Positions 14,108 through 16,099 of a stretch of 16,099 nucleotides of DNA are shown piece after piece. Every line of letters starts with the position of its first letter. Position 1 is the stretch's first letter. The DNA comes from Candidatus Micrarchaeota archaeon (GTDB taxonomy: Archaea; Micrarchaeota; Micrarchaeia; Anstonellales; Anstonellaceae). The stretch is from NCBI GenBank assembly GCA_013331805.1, contig DUFS01000080.1:1-16099 (forward strand). Reading direction: 5' to 3'. Under the pieces are notes generated by a model. It made no database searches. It was not told the DNA's origin and saw nothing but the letters and a program-made list of their open reading frames with translations. A program made the position numbers and the translations under genes.

Positions 14108-15144
14108 TTTATCATCCGTTTTTTCTCAGCTTCAGCATCCCTGCGAAGCAACACCACCCTGGAAGGAACGTGCCTTTCGGAAACAGCATAGCCCGTCATG
14201 CCCGCCAATTTTTCTGCAATCCCGTCTATTTCATCCATCTCAAACATGCTCCCCGAAGACAGCCCCCTTTCCTTGAGCCTGGCGCCCCCCACAAACACCA
14301 TGCTTTTCACTTCCACATAATGGGGCTGCGCCACCCTTACCTGGTTCGCATAGTCTTCCAAGTCCGAATCATTCACTCCCCTCGTCAGTGTCATCCGAAG
14401 CACGGTCCTTGTTTTTTCCCCGATTGCAGGCATCAGCCGGAGCATCCCCAGATACTTTTTCCACAGCCCAGTCGAAGCTGGCCTGATGGCTTTTCTGTAG
14501 ACTTGCTCGTTAGGTGCCACCATTGAAACATAGAACTGAGTAGGATAGGTTTTCCACTTCTCAATTTGCTCTGGAAAAGTGCCGTTCGTTACCAAAAAAG
14601 TGGTCAAGCCGCGCCTATGGAATTCATCCAGCAGTTTTTCAAGATGCGGGTACATGGTTGGCTCGCCTGTGAGCGAAATCGCAACATGCATCGGTTCCAT
14701 CGCTTCCCCGAACAGCTCCTTCTTCACTTTCGGATTGCCCCCGAAGCCCGACACGATTTCCTTTTGCGCTTCAATCAGCCATTTGGCGATCTTTTCAGGT
14801 TCATCCCAACTGAAGCCTTTACAAGGCATATCCTCGAATTTCAGCTTCCTTTCAGGCATCATTCTCCAGCAGAAAACGCAGGCATGGTTGCAAAACAGGA
14901 GTACGGGCGTGCACTGCAGGCAGCGGTGGGAAGAAATCCCGTAAAATTTGTTCTTGTAGCAGCCCTCGCCGCCTTTCAACGCCTCCCCGCTCCAGTGGCA
15001 AAGCTTGGCAGCCGAGTGCTCGCCTGCAATGTGGTACTTCTGCCTGATCAGGAGCTTCAAAAGCGGACTTGGTATGCTCCTGTTTTTCCCCCTGGCGCTT
15101 TTGTAGTACTTATTTTTTTCCAAATCCTTCCTCTGCCTGCCCAT
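14098..15144 (-). CDS. taw1: 4-demethylwyosine synthase (radical SAM, Taw1/TYW1)
   Basis: HSAAKLCHW, CYKNKFYGISSHRCLQCTP, radical SAM CNHACVFCWR, AISLTGEPT, FLVTNG, YVEVKS, SRVVLL. Confidence 0.95.
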   Translation of the reverse strand: MGRQRKDLEKNKYYKSARGKNRSIPSPLLKLLIRQKYHIAGEHSAAKLCHWSGEALKGGEGCYKNKFYGISSHRCLQCTPVLLFCNHACVFCWRMMPERKLKFEDMPCKGFSWDEPEKIAKWLIEAQKEIVSGFGGNPKVKKELFGEAMEPMHVAISLTGEPTMYPHLEKLLDEFHRRGLTTFLVTNGTFPEQIEKWKTYPTQFYVSMVAPNEQVYRKAIRPASTGLWKKYLGMLRLMPAIGEKTRTVLRMTLTRGVNDSDLEDYANQVRVAQPHYVEVKSMVFVGGARLKERGLSSGSMFEMDEIDGIAEKLAGMTGYAVSERHVPSRVVLLRRDAEAEKKRMIKWQ

Positions 15145-15165
15145 CGCAAGTCTCTAATCCCCTCG

Positions 15166-15174
15166 TTATAAAAA
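15166..15174 (-). promoter_or_regulatory. TATA box of the taw1-HAD unit
   Basis: Minus-strand TTTTTATAA ends about 21 nt before ATG 15144, which is leaderless spacing. Confidence 0.55.
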
Positions 15175-15254
15175 CCCTTCCGCACGAATGGATTTGCCAA
15201 ACCAATGCTTCCAGCAGGCATTTTTTGAAATAAGCCCTCTGGAGGGGTGATAAG

Positions 15255-16099
15255 ATGGCAGTGAAGATTGAATTTTCCCCGAAGAAAAAATCGCTTGCTG
15301 TGTCCGAACCAGAATCCGTTTCCTCGCTTGTGAACGGGCACTACGGCTACATGAAAAAGGGTGTCATACACCTCTTTCCGGAAGAAGCGCTTTACCTCAT
15401 GGACATAAGAAACGCGCGCTGCCACGACTCCTCGCTCAACGAGTACAAGTTCAACTCTGTGGCAAGCCATTTCAACACGAAAAAGCAGATGGCCCGCTAC
15501 TTCACCTACAAGGACTGGCGCGACCGCGGGCTGATACCTCGGCAAGTATCTGAAATATGCGAGAAATACGGCAGGAACAGCCTCAAGAAATACCCTGGCG
15601 GCAAATTGCACCTGGACCGCTACTCCCTTTCGGGCAGGTTCTACGCTGACGACCTCTGGAGCATAATCGATGATGAAACAGTGGGCAAGGAGATTTACGA
15701 GCGCTACTGGTTCGGCCAGTTCGGCTCCTACAAGGCAGAGCAGAGGGGCAAGCTTTCCAAGCTCGACATTTATGAAACGCTCTTTCTTGCCCGCCACGCC
15801 AACCTGTCGCTTGATAACGCATCCGAGGAAAGTGTCATCAAGGCGGCAAAAAGGCAGCACAAGGATTTTCTGCACCTCTACGAAGTGTATGAGGATTGGC
15901 GGTTGCGCGGCTTTGTGCTGAAAACCGGCTTCAAGTTCGGCACACACTTCAGACTTTATTTCCCTGGCGCCTCGCCAGTGCGCGACAACGACGAGTGGAT
16001 ACACTCCAAGCACGTGGTGCACTGCTTCCCACGGACAAGCAAACTTTTGATTTCCGAATGGGCGCGCGCAATCCGCGTGGCGCACTCGGTGAAAAAGAC
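15255..16099 (+). CDS. endA: tRNA splicing endonuclease, three-unit epsilon2-like type; 3' end outside the window
   Basis: Not in the ORF track. ATG 15255 follows GGAGGGGTGA and the frame is open for 281 codons. A truncated N-unit (LFPEEALYL...YFTYKDWRDRGL) precedes a full catalytic unit (LDIYETLFL, VYEDWRLRGFVLKTGFKFGTHFRLY, HSKH, RVAHSVKK). The triad is Y235/H250/K281 by my count. Confidence 0.93.
   Translation, partial: MAVKIEFSPKKKSLAVSEPESVSSLVNGHYGYMKKGVIHLFPEEALYLMDIRNARCHDSSLNEYKFNSVASHFNTKKQMARYFTYKDWRDRGLIPRQVSEICEKYGRNSLKKYPGGKLHLDRYSLSGRFYADDLWSIIDDETVGKEIYERYWFGQFGSYKAEQRGKLSKLDIYETLFLARHANLSLDNASEESVIKAAKRQHKDFLHLYEVYEDWRLRGFVLKTGFKFGTHFRLYFPGASPVRDNDEWIHSKHVVHCFPRTSKLLISEWARAIRVAHSVKK

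Noticed and set aside
13497..14276. 259-aa plus-strand ORF
   Set aside because: It is antisense to the HAD and taw1 genes, Ser/Phe-rich shadow composition, with no motif.
15057..16085. 342-aa minus-strand ORF
   Set aside because: It is the antisense shadow of endA, which has clear catalytic motifs on the + strand; no recognisable motifs of its own.
1..16099. CRISPR array, IS or transposase, rRNA
   Set aside because: No regularly spaced repeats, terminal inverted repeats, transposase motifs or rRNA-like sequence seen; the window is almost fully accounted for by genes.

Overview
Archaeal chromosomal segment with no mobile element or CRISPR. It is most consistent with DPANN Micrarchaeota, an inference from the three-unit epsilon2-type tRNA splicing endonuclease, the multi-intron tRNA and the class III pilins. 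Contents in order: partial PRC-barrel gene, GGPP synthase, a tRNA-Lys(CUU) with at least two introns (37/38 and 59/60, possibly a third nested one), a Cys-rich surface protein, YchF-like GTPase, RFC large subunit, a bPH_2 membrane protein coupled to a catalytically degenerate EndA paralogue, a four-zinc-finger protein, PRPP synthase, a HerA/VirB4-like ATPase plus a coiled-coil/winged-helix partner, topoisomerase IA, two class III pilin-like genes, a HAD hydrolase, Taw1 and a partial EndA that the ORF track misses. The most notable signals concern tRNA splicing (nested and self-similar introns, an extra pseudo-catalytic EndA) and an orphan ATPase/winged-helix module near pilins.
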